The notes below the pieces were generated by a model. It ran no database searches and was not told the DNA's origin. It saw only the letters and a program-made list of their open reading frames with translations. This document shows, piece after piece, positions 12,170 through 24,999 of a DNA stretch of 64,000 nt. The stretch covers positions 46,934,001 through 46,998,000 of the forward strand of contig OZ024744.1 in assembly GCA_964016885.1 (NCBI GenBank). The letters run 5' to 3'. The translations under genes and the position numbers were made by a program. How positions within the stretch are numbered: position 1 is the stretch's first letter; the number at the start of each line of letters is the position of its first letter. This stretch comes from Eledone cirrhosa (Eukaryota).

Positions 12170-12656
12170 GTGTGTGTGTGTGTATATAATTACATATACA
12201 TATGTGTGTGTTTATATTGTATACGTGTACGTGTTTGCGTATGTATGTGTATGTACGTGTTTATGTATTTGTATATGTATATTTATGTGTGAGAGTGTGT
12301 GTATGTGTTTACTATTTCGAACGTATGTATATATGCTTATGTGTGTATTACTTACCACGCGTGTCTGTCCTGTTAGCTGGGGCATGTATCGCTGTCAAAT
12401 ATTTGTTAATATTATTTATATATTTTTTCTTATATTTATTTGCGTGTGTTAATATGTAGTGGAGTGCATTCATGTATGTGTATGTATGTACGTTGTATGT
12501 TTGTGTGAATGTATGTATATGTGTGTGTATATATATGTGTGTGTGTATGTGTAGGCTTGTACACACACATGTGTGTGTGTGTGTATGTATATGTGTATAT
12601 GTGTGTATATGTATGTATGTATATATATGTATATATATATATGTATATATGTATGG

Positions 12657-12693
<37 letters not shown>

Positions 12694-12755
12694 GATATGT
12701 ACATGTGTATATATATGTGTGTGTGTATGTGTGTGTGTGTGTGTATATGTGTGTA

Positions 12756-12808
<53 letters not shown>

Positions 12809-12910
12809 ATGAATATATGTATGTGTATATGTGTGTATATATTTGTATGTGTGTGTAGGTGTACGCTCTTTATATATATATGTATATATATATACATATG
12901 TATATATATG

Positions 12911-12962
<52 letters not shown>

Positions 12963-13168
12963 GTGTATCTGTATATGTGTATGCGTGCAAATTATATGTG
13001 TATATATGTGTGTGTGTGTAAGTATGCTTTTGTGTTTTTTTGTGTGTGTTTGCATGTGTAGTTTTATTTTATTTTATTTTTCCTTTCCTTCTCCCTTTTC
13101 CAGCCTCACTTTCATATAGATTGCATTTTTGTTTTTAGAATCCATATTCAATAAACAAACCAGGATTT

Positions 13169-13226
13169 TTCATTCTGAGGATTGAAAGCAAAACCTTTTG
13201 CTTTTAAGAAACCACTGGTAAATGGA
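13169..13226 (+). ncRNA. Type I hammerhead ribozyme at the end of the 3' pLTR
   Basis: Identical to 8729-8786 (offset 4440). Confidence 0.88.
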
Positions 13227-13256
13227 ATAATTGCCTTATGTTGTTTATTACATAAT

Positions 13257-13290
<34 letters not shown>

Positions 13291-13294
<4 letters not shown>

Positions 13295-13904
13295 GACGTA
13301 AATAAGAAAGTTATGAAAATTGACTTACTTACTAAAATTCGATAAATGTCGGTAGATATATTAATTCTTTATATTCTACTCCAAATTATTTGTTGAGCAA
13401 AATTTGCCAAATTACTACTGTGACTGATAGTAGTGGCTAGGCTCTGTCTTAATAGTACCCCCCACTCCAAGCTGGTTAACCTCAGTGTCACGTGATTAAT
13501 TCTTTTGAATTTGCCACTTGACCAAGGAGGTAGCGAATTTTTCAGTGCTTAGAATCTAGCCCCGCTCGATTTTTTCGCTTTTTTCCATCCACTGAATTAT
13601 TGTTATATAAGCTTCCAGTGTCCCCGCATTGCCTGGTGGCTTAGCTGAGAATAGACTGCCTGATGACGTAAGGCTTCTCTACAGGTATTACATAACTGTA
13701 TTTATCCCCTTACAGAAACTAATTAGTTGGAGTGAAATTTTAGTAAGTAAATCAATTTTCATAACTTTCTTATTTACGTCTTTCATATAATTGTTCTGCA
13801 TTCCCCTGCATAGAACTACAAAGTTACTAAGACAAAACATATATATCTGCTAGCGTAGGTATGCATCTGTATACATATGTCGGTAGATATATTAATTCTT
13901 TATA
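13291..13904 (+). mobile_element. Short (TA)n-flanked element with a 49-bp inverted repeat, a 28-bp direct repeat and an HHR-like motif
   Basis: Inverted repeat 13291-13339/13736-13784; direct repeat 13346-13373/13877-13904. CTGATGA-cgtaagg...ccttaca-GAAA-CTAATTAG-TT at 13660-13728. Confidence 0.7.
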
Positions 13905-13920
13905 TATATATATATATATA

Positions 13921-14112
13921 TAGGAAAAAGTATGAGATCGACGGCAGAGCTCAAGCCGTTTCGACGGCTATTTCGAGTCCAGAAATAGCCGTCGAAACGG
14001 CTTGAGCTCTGCCGTAGGGGTCCTACTTTTTCCTATTTCACACTCTACTACTCTAAATATTGAGTACTCTGGTGCGTTATGGTCCATCTGGTTCCTTACC
14101 ACAATTCCTTTG
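13921..14112. mobile_element. Short hairpin-forming PLE-type terminus with a half hammerhead
   Basis: Perfect 34-bp inverted repeat 13941-13974/13982-14015. Contains GAAA-cggc..gccg-TA. Flanked by (TA)n; same family as 1-130. Confidence 0.7.
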
Positions 14113-14125
14113 TTATATATATAAA

Positions 14126-14495
<370 letters not shown>

Positions 14496-14673
14496 TATTC
14501 ATGGACAGAAATGTCTCCACACATACATATACACTCATATATATATATATATATATTCTTTGCTTAAACTTTAATCTGTTTTTTTAATGTTTGCTCTGTG
14601 GTTTTTATATATTTGATATATATTTATCCTTATCGAGCCCTCTTCGGATTTTAGTCTTCACATTTATTATATA

Positions 14674-15549
14674 CTAGCAGTAGTACCCGGCATTGCATGG
14701 GATAAGGTATTTTGGAACGCGGGCCCCCACCAGACCTAATCATGGAAAAACTGCATGCCTGGACAATATGTAAAGAAAATAAACCAAAATCTCTGATGGC
14801 TGGGTAATCTTTAAGATTTTCCTCGATGAAGCAGGAAAAATGCAGGTTTTCACCTAATGCGGGCCCTAGGGATCAAGAAAATGAATTTTTTTTTATGTGC
14901 ATAATATGTCTTGAAATTTCGGGAAAATCGGCTACACATAACGCCTCCAAAAAGCCCTAGGAAGCTGAAAAAATGAAGTTTTTCACCCTAGACCATAAAA
15001 AGGTTGGATTTTCTTTGCTCGCGGTATGAAGAAGAGACTTACTAATACATAGTTACAATTTCAGGAAATCGGTCTGACATAACGCCTAAAAAAACCCTAA
15101 AAACCTGAAAAAAACGCAGTTTTTCACCTAATGCGGGCCCTAGGGGATCAAAAAGTAATACACATGTAAAGTTTGAAAAAGATCGGTTGGGTACTTCTCG
15201 AGTTTTAGGGATTCAAACTCACAGACACAGACACACACACACACAGACAGACATTTACAGGGAAGTGACGTAATGCAGACAGTCAGACATACAGACAGAT
15301 ATTATAAGGGCGCGACGTTCTATGTATGTATCTATCTAAAAAGAGAAAGACTAAGAATTATAGAGAGAAATCGCTAAATCGCCTAATGTGGTCCCTAGGG
15401 CATAGACAATTTGAAATTTATTTTGCTCAGAACACCTGAAACATAAGTATTACGTGTAAAGTTTGAAAACAGTCGGTTTGGTGCTTCTCGAGTTTTAGGG
15501 ATTCAAACTCACACACACACAGGCAGACATCCTCAGTTTTATATATATA
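14674..15549 (-). mobile_element. Non-autonomous Helitron-like element, copy 1
   Basis: Minus-strand 3' end is a GC-rich hairpin followed by CTAG (14674-14677). 5' end is TATATAAAACTGAGGATGTCTG. Internal (CTGT)n and gggccctaggg subrepeats. Confidence 0.75.
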
Positions 15550-16400
15550 CTAGCAGTGGTACCCGGCGTTGCACGGGATAAGGTATTTTGGAACGCGGGC
15601 TGCCAATAGACCTAATCGTGGAAAAACTGCATGCCTGGACAATATGTAAAGAAAATAAACCGAATACTCTGATGGCTGGATAATCTTTAAGATTTCCCTC
15701 GATGAAGCAGGAAAAATGCAGGTTTTCACCTAATGCGGGCCCTAGGGGATCAAGAAAATGAATTTTTTTTTATGTGCATAACATGCCTTGAAATTTCGGG
15801 AAAATCGGCTCGACGTAACGCCTCCAAGAAACCGTAAGAGGCTGAAAAAATGAAGTTTTCACCTAATGCGGGTCCTAGGCCATAATAGAGTTGGATTTTC
15901 TTTGCTTACGGTATGAAGAAGAGACTGAATAACACATAGTTACAATTTCAAGGAAATCGGTCTGACGTAACGCCTCAAAAAAGTCCTAAAAATGTTAAAA
16001 AAGCAGTTGAATTTTTTTATGTACATAACACTCCCTGAAACATAAGTAATACACATGTAAAGTTTGAAAAAAATCGGTTGGGTGGTTCTCGAGTGTTAGG
16101 GATTCAAACTCACAGACAGACATCCTCAGGGAAGTGACGTAATGCAGACAGCCAGACATACAGACATATAATAAGGGTGCGACATTATATGTATGTACCT
16201 ATCTAAAAAGAGAAAGACTAAGAATTATAGAGAGAGATCGCTAAATCGCCTAATGTGGTCCCTAGGGCATTGGACACTCCCTGAAACATAAGTGTTACAT
16301 GTGTAAAGTTTGAAAACAGTCGGTTGGGTGGTTCTCGAGTTTTAGGGATTCAAACACACACACATACACAGACAGACATCCTCAGTTTTATATATATATA
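15550..16400 (-). mobile_element. Non-autonomous Helitron-like element, copy 2 (head-to-tail with copy 1)
   Basis: Minus strand ends cccgtgcaacgccggg-taccactg-CTAG; collinear with copy 1. Confidence 0.75.
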
Positions 16401-16427
16401 TATATATATATATTTACTTATATATGT

Positions 16428-16478
<51 letters not shown>

Positions 16479-17620
16479 AGAGTAGACACACAATGACAGC
16501 CAGAATCAGTATTTCATTTATGGACCTCAAAATATAGAAGCAGCTTCACCTCAGTGGGATTTTTACTCTGAGAGCTAGAGCAGACACTGAAAATATATCC
16601 AGATGTGCACACATCTATATAAGAACACATATGTACACACACATACACATATTTATACTCACATATAGATATACATATACAATCATTTTTCGCATGTGGA
16701 GCATACTTCATCTTTATACTGTATATGTGTGTGTGTATATATGTGTATATTTATGAGTGTATGTATGTACGTATTTGTATGAGTGGCCGTATGTATGTAT
16801 GCGTATCTTAGTGTGTACATGCGTTTATATGTATGTGTATACGCATGTATATGCGTATTTGTGTATGTGTATATATGTGTATATATATATGGATATATGT
16901 GTGTTTGTGTATGTATTTATTTATATATATATATATGTATGAGGTGAGTTTTATTGTAACACAATAAAACAATGTAAACATATTTTTTTGACGTTATATT
17001 TTTTCTTCCTTCTCTCCTTCCGTGCTCGTATTAAATCTATTATTTACTTTTTCCTATTACAATATATAGAAACAAAGTTGGACCCCAATTAATTCCTCTA
17101 AGTTCATAATTCATTTAACCTTATCTTCATTCACCTTATATTCTTAATATATTTTATTTTAATTATACATTTTAATAAATTCCTTTTCACACATCTTTTT
17201 AAACCCTTCAATATATAAACCTTAAATACTATTCTTAATTCCTTTTTCTTTAATCATAAACATCACCATTCATAAACCTCATTAACTTTTAATTTCTAAA
17301 TTTTTTTCAATTATTAATTATGTATTATCTTACAACGGTTTTTAAAATTTTTTCTCTGAGACAGTGTCTCTCACTATTATAGGTTATCTCTCATTTTCTC
17401 CTCCTCTCTCATCCTTCCTTCTTTTACTCCTCCTCCGTCATCCCCTCCTTATTATTATTATTATATATTTTTCTTCTATCTATATTCTTTCTTCCTCTTC
17501 TTTACCATTTTCCTTTCCTCTTTTCCAATCTCATATATCCATCTTAGTTTATTTTTCATATGTTGATTTAACACTTCACTGCTCGCAAGTGTTTTTTTTA
17601 AGCTTCATATCATGTCTCCC

Positions 17621-17691
17621 TATTTTATCTGATGAGAACGCAAATATCGTCCCATGATGATATTTGTTTTTGAAATGCGCATAATAAAATA
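17621..17691 (+). ncRNA. Minimal type I hammerhead ribozyme motif near the end of a pyrimidine-rich insert (~16960-17725)
   Basis: tattttat-CTGATGA-gaacgcaaatatcgtc ccat gatgatatttgttttt-GAAA-T gcgc A-TA-ataaaata: 8-bp stem I and long stem II. Confidence 0.85.
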
Positions 17692-17837
17692 CATAGAACT
17701 CTTTTAACCATCTTTTGATTTTATATTATATATATATATTGTTTGTAAATTCTGTACCATAAAGTTTTGTCAGCTCAAGTTTTGGCTACAACTTCTACAA
17801 ATAAAATTAAAGAAGAATAATTTCAGAATAAACAAGT

Positions 17838-17843
17838 TTTATT
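17838..17843 (-). terminator. Candidate polyadenylation signal of the ZNF gene
   Basis: AATAAA on the minus strand ~900 nt after the stop codon; motif only. Confidence 0.3.
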
Positions 17844-17926
17844 CAAAATATTAACAACATTGGTGGCACTATTTTGGGTGACTGATATGGTTTTTATCTT
17901 GTCTGATTGTATTTCTGTTTCATTAA

Positions 17927-18146
17927 CCCTTTAGCATTCAAACTGGCCGTATCCGGCCAGAAATGTCTCACCTCTTTCTGTTCAAACTGGCTGTAACAGG
18001 CATTAATGCTGATGTTGAGGTATTGTTCTCAAAATAAATAACATCAAAATCTCATAGATTCGATATTATGTGAGATGATTATATAAGATAAAGTGTTTAC
18101 TACAAAAATACAATAGTATATATAGTGTAATGTGAATGCTAAAGGG
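17927..18146. mobile_element. piggyBac-type MITE
   Basis: TTAA-ccctttagcattca ... tgaatgctaaaggg-TTAA: 14-bp TIR with TTAA target duplication. Confidence 0.85.
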
Positions 18147-18164
18147 TTAAGTAACCTTTACAAG

Positions 18165-18744
18165 AGGATGATTTACCACAGACATCACAGTAATATGGTT
18201 CCTCTCCTGTAAATGTTAATGTGTTGTGAGGCCACAACATTTAGAGAGTGAGGTACCACAGTGATATAGTTCCTCACCTGTATATGTTAGTGTGTAGTGA
18301 AGCCACAACATTTAGAGTATGATTTATCAGACATCACAGTGATATGGTTGCTCTACTGTATATGTTAGTGTGTAGTGAAGCCACAACATTTAGAGTATGA
18401 TTTACCGCAGACATCACAGTGATATGGTTCCTTTTCTGTAAATGTTAGTGCCGCGTGAAGTGAGTTATTTCAGAGAACGATTTCCCACAGATATCACAGT
18501 GATATGGTTTCTCTCCTGTATGTATATGTTTGTGTCTAGTTGAGTGAGCTTTCATGGATAATAATTTACCACAAATATTACAGTGATATGGTTTCTCTCC
18601 AGTATATATATGTTTGTATGTAGTTAATGTAGCAATGAAAGAGAATAATTTCTCCCCAATATCACAGTGGTATGGATTCTCACTCATATGTATGTATTTG
18701 TGTGTAATTAATTCACCATTTTGAGATAATGAGATATGACTTTG
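18165..18744 (-). pseudogene. Decayed zinc-finger repeats downstream of the ZNF stop codon
   Basis: In-frame continuation to 18445 with damaged fingers, then 70-80-bp finger-derived tandem units. Confidence 0.85.
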
Positions 18745-20778
18745 TTATGGTTTCTCACCTGTATGGGTATATTTGTGTCTAGTTAAACTACTTGATACAG
18801 TGAATGATTTACGACAGATATCACAGTGATATGGCTTCTCACCTGTATGTAAATGTTTGTGTCTAGTTAAGGCACTTCTTACAGAGAACGATTTACCACA
18901 GATGTCACAGTAGTGTGGCTTGTCTCCTGTATGGGTACGTAAGTGTTTAGTTAATGTATCACTTTGAGGGAATGATTTCCCACAAATATCACAGTGGTAT
19001 GGCTTGTCTCCTGTATGGGTACGTAAGTGTCCAGTTAATGTATCACTTCGAAGGAATGTCTTACCACAGATATCACAGTGATATGGCTTGTCTCCTGTAT
19101 GTATTCGTTTGTGGCTAGTTAAGGCACAACTTTCAGAGAATGATTTACCACAGATATCACAGTGATATCGTTTGACTCCTGTATGGATACGTTTGTGTTT
19201 AGTTAAGGTACTACTTACAGAGAATGATTTACCACAGATATCACAGACATATGGCTTCTCTCCTGTATGGGTACGTAAGTGTCCAGTTAATGTATCACTT
19301 CGAAGGAATGTTTTACCACAGATATCACAGTGATATGGCTTGTCTCCTGTATGTATTCGTTTGTGGCTAGTTAAGGCACAACTTTCAGAGAATGATTTAC
19401 CACAGATATCACAGTGATATCGTTTGACTCCTGTATGGATACGTTTGTGTCTAGTTAAGGTACTACTTAGAGAGAATGATTTACCACAGATATCACAGAC
19501 ATATGGCTTGTCTCCTGTATGGGTACGTTTGTGTCTAATTAAGAGACTACTATCAGAGAATGATATACCACAGATATTACAGTGATATGGCTTCTCTCCC
19601 GTATGTATACGTTTGTGTCTAGTTAAGTGACTACTTTGAGAGAATGATTTACCACAGATATCACAGTGATATGGTTTCTCACCAGTATGGAAAAGTTTGT
19701 GAGTAGTTAAGTTACTACTTACAGAGAATGATTTACCACAGATATCACAGACATATGGCTTGTCTCCTGTATGGGTACGTTTGTGTCTAATTAAGTGAAC
19801 AATACGAGCGAATGATTCACCACAGATATCACAGTGATATGGCTTCTCACCTGTATGTAAACATTTGTGACTAGTTAAGAGACTACTTGCAGAGAATGAT
19901 TTACCACAGATGTCACAATTGTATGGTTTCACACCTGTATGGGTATATTTGTGTGTAGTTAAATTACTTGATACAGAGAATGATTTACCACAGATATCAC
20001 AGTGATATGGCTTCTCACCTGTATGTATATGTTTGTGTCTAGTTAAGGTACTACTTACAGAGAATGATTTCCGACAGATATCACAGTGGTATGGCTTGTC
20101 TCCTGTATGGGTACGTAAGTGTATTGTTAATACATCACTTCGAGGGAATGTTTTCCCACAGATATCACAGTGATATGGCTTGTCTCCTGTATGAATACGT
20201 TTGTGTGTAGTTAAGATACTAGCACCACAGAATGATCTACCACAGATATCACAGTGGTATGGCTTGTCTCCTGTATGGGTACGTAAGTGTTTAGTTAATG
20301 CATCACTTCGAGAGAATGTTTTACCACAGATATTACAGTGATACGGCTTGTCTTCTGTATGTATACGTTTGTGTGTAGTTAAGGTACTACCCTCAGAGAA
20401 TGATCTACCACAGATATCACAGTGGTATGGCTTGTCTCCTGTATGGGTACGTATGTGAGAAGTTAAGGTACTACTATCAGAGAATGATTTACCACAGATA
20501 TTACAGTGATATGGCTTCTCTCCCGTATGTATACGTTTGTGTCTAGTTAAGTGACCACTTTGAGAGAATGATTTCCCACAGATATCGCAGTGGTATGGTT
20601 TTTCACCTGTATGTGTATGTATGTGTTTAATTAAAGTATCTGTTACAGAAAATGAGTTGTTACAGATATCAAAGTGACATGGCTTCTCTCCTCTATCCTT
20701 TGGCATCTGTTCTGGAATAGCAATATCTTTTGACAATGCTTCACATTTAATCTTCTTCTCACTCAATTTATTTTCCAT
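18745..20778 (-). CDS. Tandem C2H2 zinc-finger protein, 677 aa, 23 fingers (first degenerate), no recognisable effector domain
   Basis: 28-aa CxxC..F..L..H...H repeats with TGEKP/TGDKP linkers. Strong splice acceptor (tttctttcttatttcAG) at 20902-20919 upstream of the ATG. Confidence 0.93.
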   Translation of the reverse strand: MENKLSEKKIKCEALSKDIAIPEQMPKDRGEKPCHFDICNNSFSVTDTLIKHIHTHTGEKPYHCDICGKSFSQSGHLTRHKRIHTGEKPYHCNICGKSFSDSSTLTSHIRTHTGDKPYHCDICGRSFSEGSTLTTHKRIHTEDKPYHCNICGKTFSRSDALTKHLRTHTGDKPYHCDICGRSFCGASILTTHKRIHTGDKPYHCDICGKTFPRSDVLTIHLRTHTGDKPYHCDICRKSFSVSSTLTRHKHIHTGEKPYHCDICGKSFSVSSNLTTHKYTHTGVKPYNCDICGKSFSASSLLTSHKCLHTGEKPYHCDICGESFARIVHLIRHKRTHTGDKPYVCDICGKSFSVSSNLTTHKLFHTGEKPYHCDICGKSFSQSSHLTRHKRIHTGEKPYHCNICGISFSDSSLLIRHKRTHTGDKPYVCDICGKSFSLSSTLTRHKRIHTGVKRYHCDICGKSFSESCALTSHKRIHTGDKPYHCDICGKTFLRSDTLTGHLRTHTGEKPYVCDICGKSFSVSSTLTKHKRIHTGVKRYHCDICGKSFSESCALTSHKRIHTGDKPYHCDICGKTFLRSDTLTGHLRTHTGDKPYHCDICGKSFPQSDTLTKHLRTHTGDKPHYCDICGKSFSVRSALTRHKHLHTGEKPYHCDICRKSFTVSSSLTRHKYTHTGEKP

Positions 20779-21721
20779 ATTTCTTCTTCCCTTGGCAGAA
20801 TTTTCAGATGTTATTTTTTATATTATATTCCTAAAAATATTTCTTCTGCTATATTTCCCTCAACTCTGATCTCAGTTCTGAGGAAATAATTCACAGTAAA
20901 TCTGAAATAAGAAAGAAACAGTATGAGATAATAGAGAATACTTAAGAATCAGGAATAGATTTAACAGTGTAAATTTTATATTTATATATTCATAAACTGT
21001 AGATAACTTTCCTCTCCATCTGGGACCACCTATTGTTAGGAGATTCCCACCATTGTACTGTCAAGAGACAACAATGATAAACGTACATACCACTTGACCT
21101 GTGACCCCCAGCTTCACAATAGATGAAACTCACATGGCTACTCATGAATCAACCCCGTATACACATCCTTCTAGCTATAGGGTTATTATAAATACAAGTA
21201 CAAAGGGAATCCAGCAGCCAGATCATGAAGCAGCAGTCCTTGAGAGAATAATGATGTGAAACAGTCACGTTCTACAGACCCCTTGGGGTCTACAGACTTC
21301 TACTGACATCTATGGACCTTATACACTATCTCTCTCTCCTGGCCTTACTGGCTCTCACCTTCTCGGCCACAGACTACACCACCAGACAAGAGAGACCGAA
21401 GCAGCAGTCCTTGAGAGGAATAACAAATACTAAGGATACACACACACTCAGTAGGTTTCATTATACTGTTTACTTCTGTGTTTTATCTATTCTTTCATCT
21501 TCCTGATGAATCATTTCTATTGTATCGTTGTATTGATACATACATACACGCTAGCTCGAAGTAGCTAGTCAGCAAATTGATGTAGTGATAATTCCTGTCA
21601 CAATTTTTATTACTTGATATTCAATGTAGCAACAAGTGAATATTGTTATTGTAAAATAAACATTGTCAACATCTTAATTCTGGCATTATTCTTTTTTATC
21701 ATTCATCCACAAAAGAATACA

Positions 21722-21870
21722 TTTATCCACTACATATGCAAAAAACAAAAGGGGTTCAAGAACAGATCCCTGTGGTACACCAGATGACATCTCATACAGT
21801 GAAGAATGTTGTTCTAGAACCGTGACTACCTCTCTTCAACTGAGAGTGAAGGATTTCAACCAGTTAAAAA
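21722..21870 (-). mobile_element. CR1/L2-type LINE RT fragment
   Basis: Minus strand encodes FNWLKSF... and SSGVPQGSVLEPLLF. Confidence 0.75.
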
Positions 21871-22436
21871 CTATACACTATACACTATGTACAGTATATA
21901 TCCACTATATATATATATATATATATTATATATACATTGTGTACAGTATATATTATACACTATATATGATGTTGTCCAAAGTAAATGCAATGGCCGATAC
22001 AGCTTGGCACCAGTGACGTCACAACATATATACTCTATATATATACACAATGTACAACATATATACACTATATATATTATATACACAGTATATATACCCT
22101 ATATATATATTATATATATACTATGTACTGTATATATGATGTTGTCCAAGAAAAAGGCAATGGACGATACAACTTGGAACCAGTAACAACTCATATCATG
22201 ATCATCACCGTTTTACATCCATTCTTCTATGCTATCATGGGTTAGACGGGTTCTCCTGTTGTGGGCAGTGAAAGGTCAGGTGACCATGTCTTGCTCATAT
22301 GGGAACTGATTCTGGCTTGATTTCTACACCTGGATGCCCTTCCTGACACTAACCTCATTTACAGTGAGTGCTGGGTGCTGTTTTCCGTGGCCTCTATTTT
22401 ATATATACTATTTATATACACTATTTATATACACTA

Positions 22437-22628
22437 AGGTGGTGGATTGGCAGTATCGGTAGAGGGTCGGACGCCATGCTTTCCAGCATAGTTACGTCCC
22501 TTTATGATCTGAGTTCAAATTCCGCCGAGGTTGACTTTGCCTTTCATCCTTACGGGGGTCGATAAAATAAAGTACCAGTAATGCACTGGGTAATTGCTGG
22601 CCTTGTGCCTAAAGTAGAAACAACTATT
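22437..22628 (+). mobile_element. tRNA-derived SINE with Nin/Deu-like central domain
   Basis: A box TGGCAGTATCGG, B box GAGTTCAAATTCC, core gactttgcctttcatcctt.cggggtcgataaa. Confidence 0.8.
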
Positions 22629-22799
22629 TATATACACTATATATATATTATACATACATTACATATACACTATATATATTACATATACACTGTGTACAGT
22701 ATATATGACGATGGGAAAGGCAATGGCTGATACAACTTGACACCAGTGACATCACAACATATATACTATGTATATACACTATGTACAGTATATATACAC

Positions 22800-23585
22800 T
22801 GTCGCCCGTCATTTCTGTTCTCCTGGTTATTCTTCCCTACATGTTTCAGTCCTGGGTGTCCTTTTACATCATGGATCACAGGCCTCACGCACCAGGACTG
22901 AACAAAGTCTGATTCACCTGGGTCCTATTCCCCTCTTGGACTCAACTCACCTCCCCAATTTCTCTAATACTCTGTCCATTATCATACCCCTAGATTCCTA
23001 TCACAATCTCTTGATGATTAACGTCTTCTCTTCAAACTAATACAGGCCGACTATATATGCTCGCTTCACATTTCCCCTTACTGCTCTGTATACATACACA
23101 CCCTTATATTAACATACTTTTGCTCATAGCTTCGTACTTACATGCACACACACACTCTTTTACTCACATATACACACACATTTCTTCTTAGCTTCGTACA
23201 GACGTATAATAACATGCACACACACACACTTACACATGTGCACAAGTGTAGATCTTTTAACAAAACGTTTTTTTTTCCATTTCCGGTAGACGTGCTCCAT
23301 CATCCACTTTTATAAAAAATAAATCATTCACAAAACGCCAGCACCAACAGTTTTGCAAGAGATATCAACATGAATGGACCTGTTATTTTTTATCTAAAGA
23401 CATTTTTTCCAATTCCAACCTGCCCATCTCCTCAATCTATCTTATTTTCATTCTTTCTTCTGATGAAGGACTAGTATCTGAAATGTTAAGACCCTCTTCC
23501 TACTATATCAAGCGTTAACCTAATATATCCCTTCCATATACTGTACCGATTGTGTTGTTATTTCTGTTTACCTTTTACATACATA
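22800..23585 (+). mobile_element. 3' relic of a third PLE family (end of GIY-YIG, 3' UTR, HHR)
   Basis: VARHFCSPG...RTRTEQSLI, followed by a frameshifted PLGLN-like end. Ultra-minimal HHR tctt-CTGATGA-aggactagtatct-GAAA-TG-TT-aaga at 23456-23491. Confidence 0.65.
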
Positions 23586-23909
23586 TATTATATATACACT
23601 GTGTAGAGGATATATTATACACTATATATAATGTTGTCCAAGAGAAAGACAATGGCTGATACAGCTTGGCACCAGTATCACAACATATATACTATATATA
23701 TATTATATATACACTATGTACACTATATATGATGTTGTCTAAGAGAAAGGCTATGGTTGATACAGCTTGGCACCAGTATCATCACAACATATATACACTA
23801 TATATATATTATATAGACAGTGTGTACAGTATATATTATACACTATATATAATGTTGTCCAAGAGAAAGGCTATGGCTGATACAGCTTGGCACCAGGAAC
23901 ATCACAACT

Positions 23910-24040
23910 CATTTCTACAGCTGAGTAAACAATGTGAAATAAAGTGTCTTGCTCAAGGAAACAACACATCACACGGTCCGAGAATCGAACTCACCACCTT
24001 TTAATTGCAAGCCCAATGCTCTAACCACTAAGTCATGATA
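23910..24040 (-). mobile_element. tRNA-derived SINE, 5' part
   Basis: Homologous to 2863-3000; B box GAGTTCGATTC on the minus strand. Confidence 0.7.
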
Positions 24041-24449
24041 CCTTCCAGAACCAACTGTGATATAGAGAGACCATAAAGACAACCGTTGTTTTCATAGTTT
24101 AAGCCTTGAAATACCTCTCATACATGCTTTAAGTACATATAAACTCATTAAAACACACTTGTATTTAAACACCAAAAACAACCAGTAACGATCCTATAGA
24201 AACTACCACCAACCATCATACCACTAGTTTTACCAATGAGGACCATTGCCAGCCACGGTAGTCACTTGGTAATACACTGCACATCTCCCGTCAATCTATG
24301 AAGGGTTTGTAGTAGATTAGAGAAAAACACAATCAGTAAAACAATAATGGAATGAAAAATATAAACATTTGTTCATAATTAAAGCCTTAAGATGTCCCCT
24401 CCTTACGATATACACTTTAATAACATTGAAACTTATTTAATAAGTTTAA

Positions 24450-24607
24450 ATTTTAGACGTACCGCGATAAGAAAATAGTAATGTTCTAACGAAAAATCCG
24501 CGATGTGGCGAGGATTACCGCGATAGGAAATTAGATGCGTTCCAAAGAAATATCCGCGATGTAACGGGACCGCGAAAAGTGAACCGCGATATAGCGGGGG
24601 ATTACTG
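24450..24607 (-). mobile_element. End of a pogo/Tigger-like DNA transposon
   Basis: Minus strand reads TA-CAGTAATCCCCCGCTATATCGCGG with repeated ccgcgat subterminal motifs; the second TIR was not found. Confidence 0.55.
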
Positions 24608-24999
24608 TATATATACACACACAACATACATCTATCTATATACACTCATGACATTTATTTCGATTTTTGATATTAAAATGTTGACTGAGAGTGTGACAAC
24701 TGTTTCTTGTTTGAGGTTGTTCCAGTGGTTGAAATATAGACGGAGGTATTTTAAATAATAAAGACAGTCATGATAAAAATATATTTTTTATCACATGTAA
24801 CAGTGGAATCTGCTGCTTGAAAAATAACACATCATTTCAGTTTGGAAGGTTTTTTTCTATATATAAAAGTTGAGAGAGAAATATATTTTTCTAATGTTGT
24901 TATATATATTTTCACTTGTATATAATTACTGGAGGGTTCAGATAATTATATTATTTACACACATTAATATAGACATTAAGTAAATCTTTGTCAACTTAC

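Larger units (their letters stand above)
21960..23910 (+). repeat. Interrupted minisatellite: ~60-bp core plus TA-rich spacer, six copies
   Basis: Core 'atgttgtccaagagaaaggcaatggctgatacagcttggcaccagt..catcacaac' at ~21968, 22139, 22710, 23631, 23732 and 23852; another copy at ~31597. Confidence 0.8.

Noticed and set aside
21500-21600. CTGATGA with a possible stem II (atcatt/agtgat)
   Set aside because: No GAAA or stem I at the required position; at most a decayed hammerhead.
22437-22530. tRNA gene
   Set aside because: A and B boxes are present but there is no convincing cloverleaf, and the sequence continues into a SINE core found in several copies.
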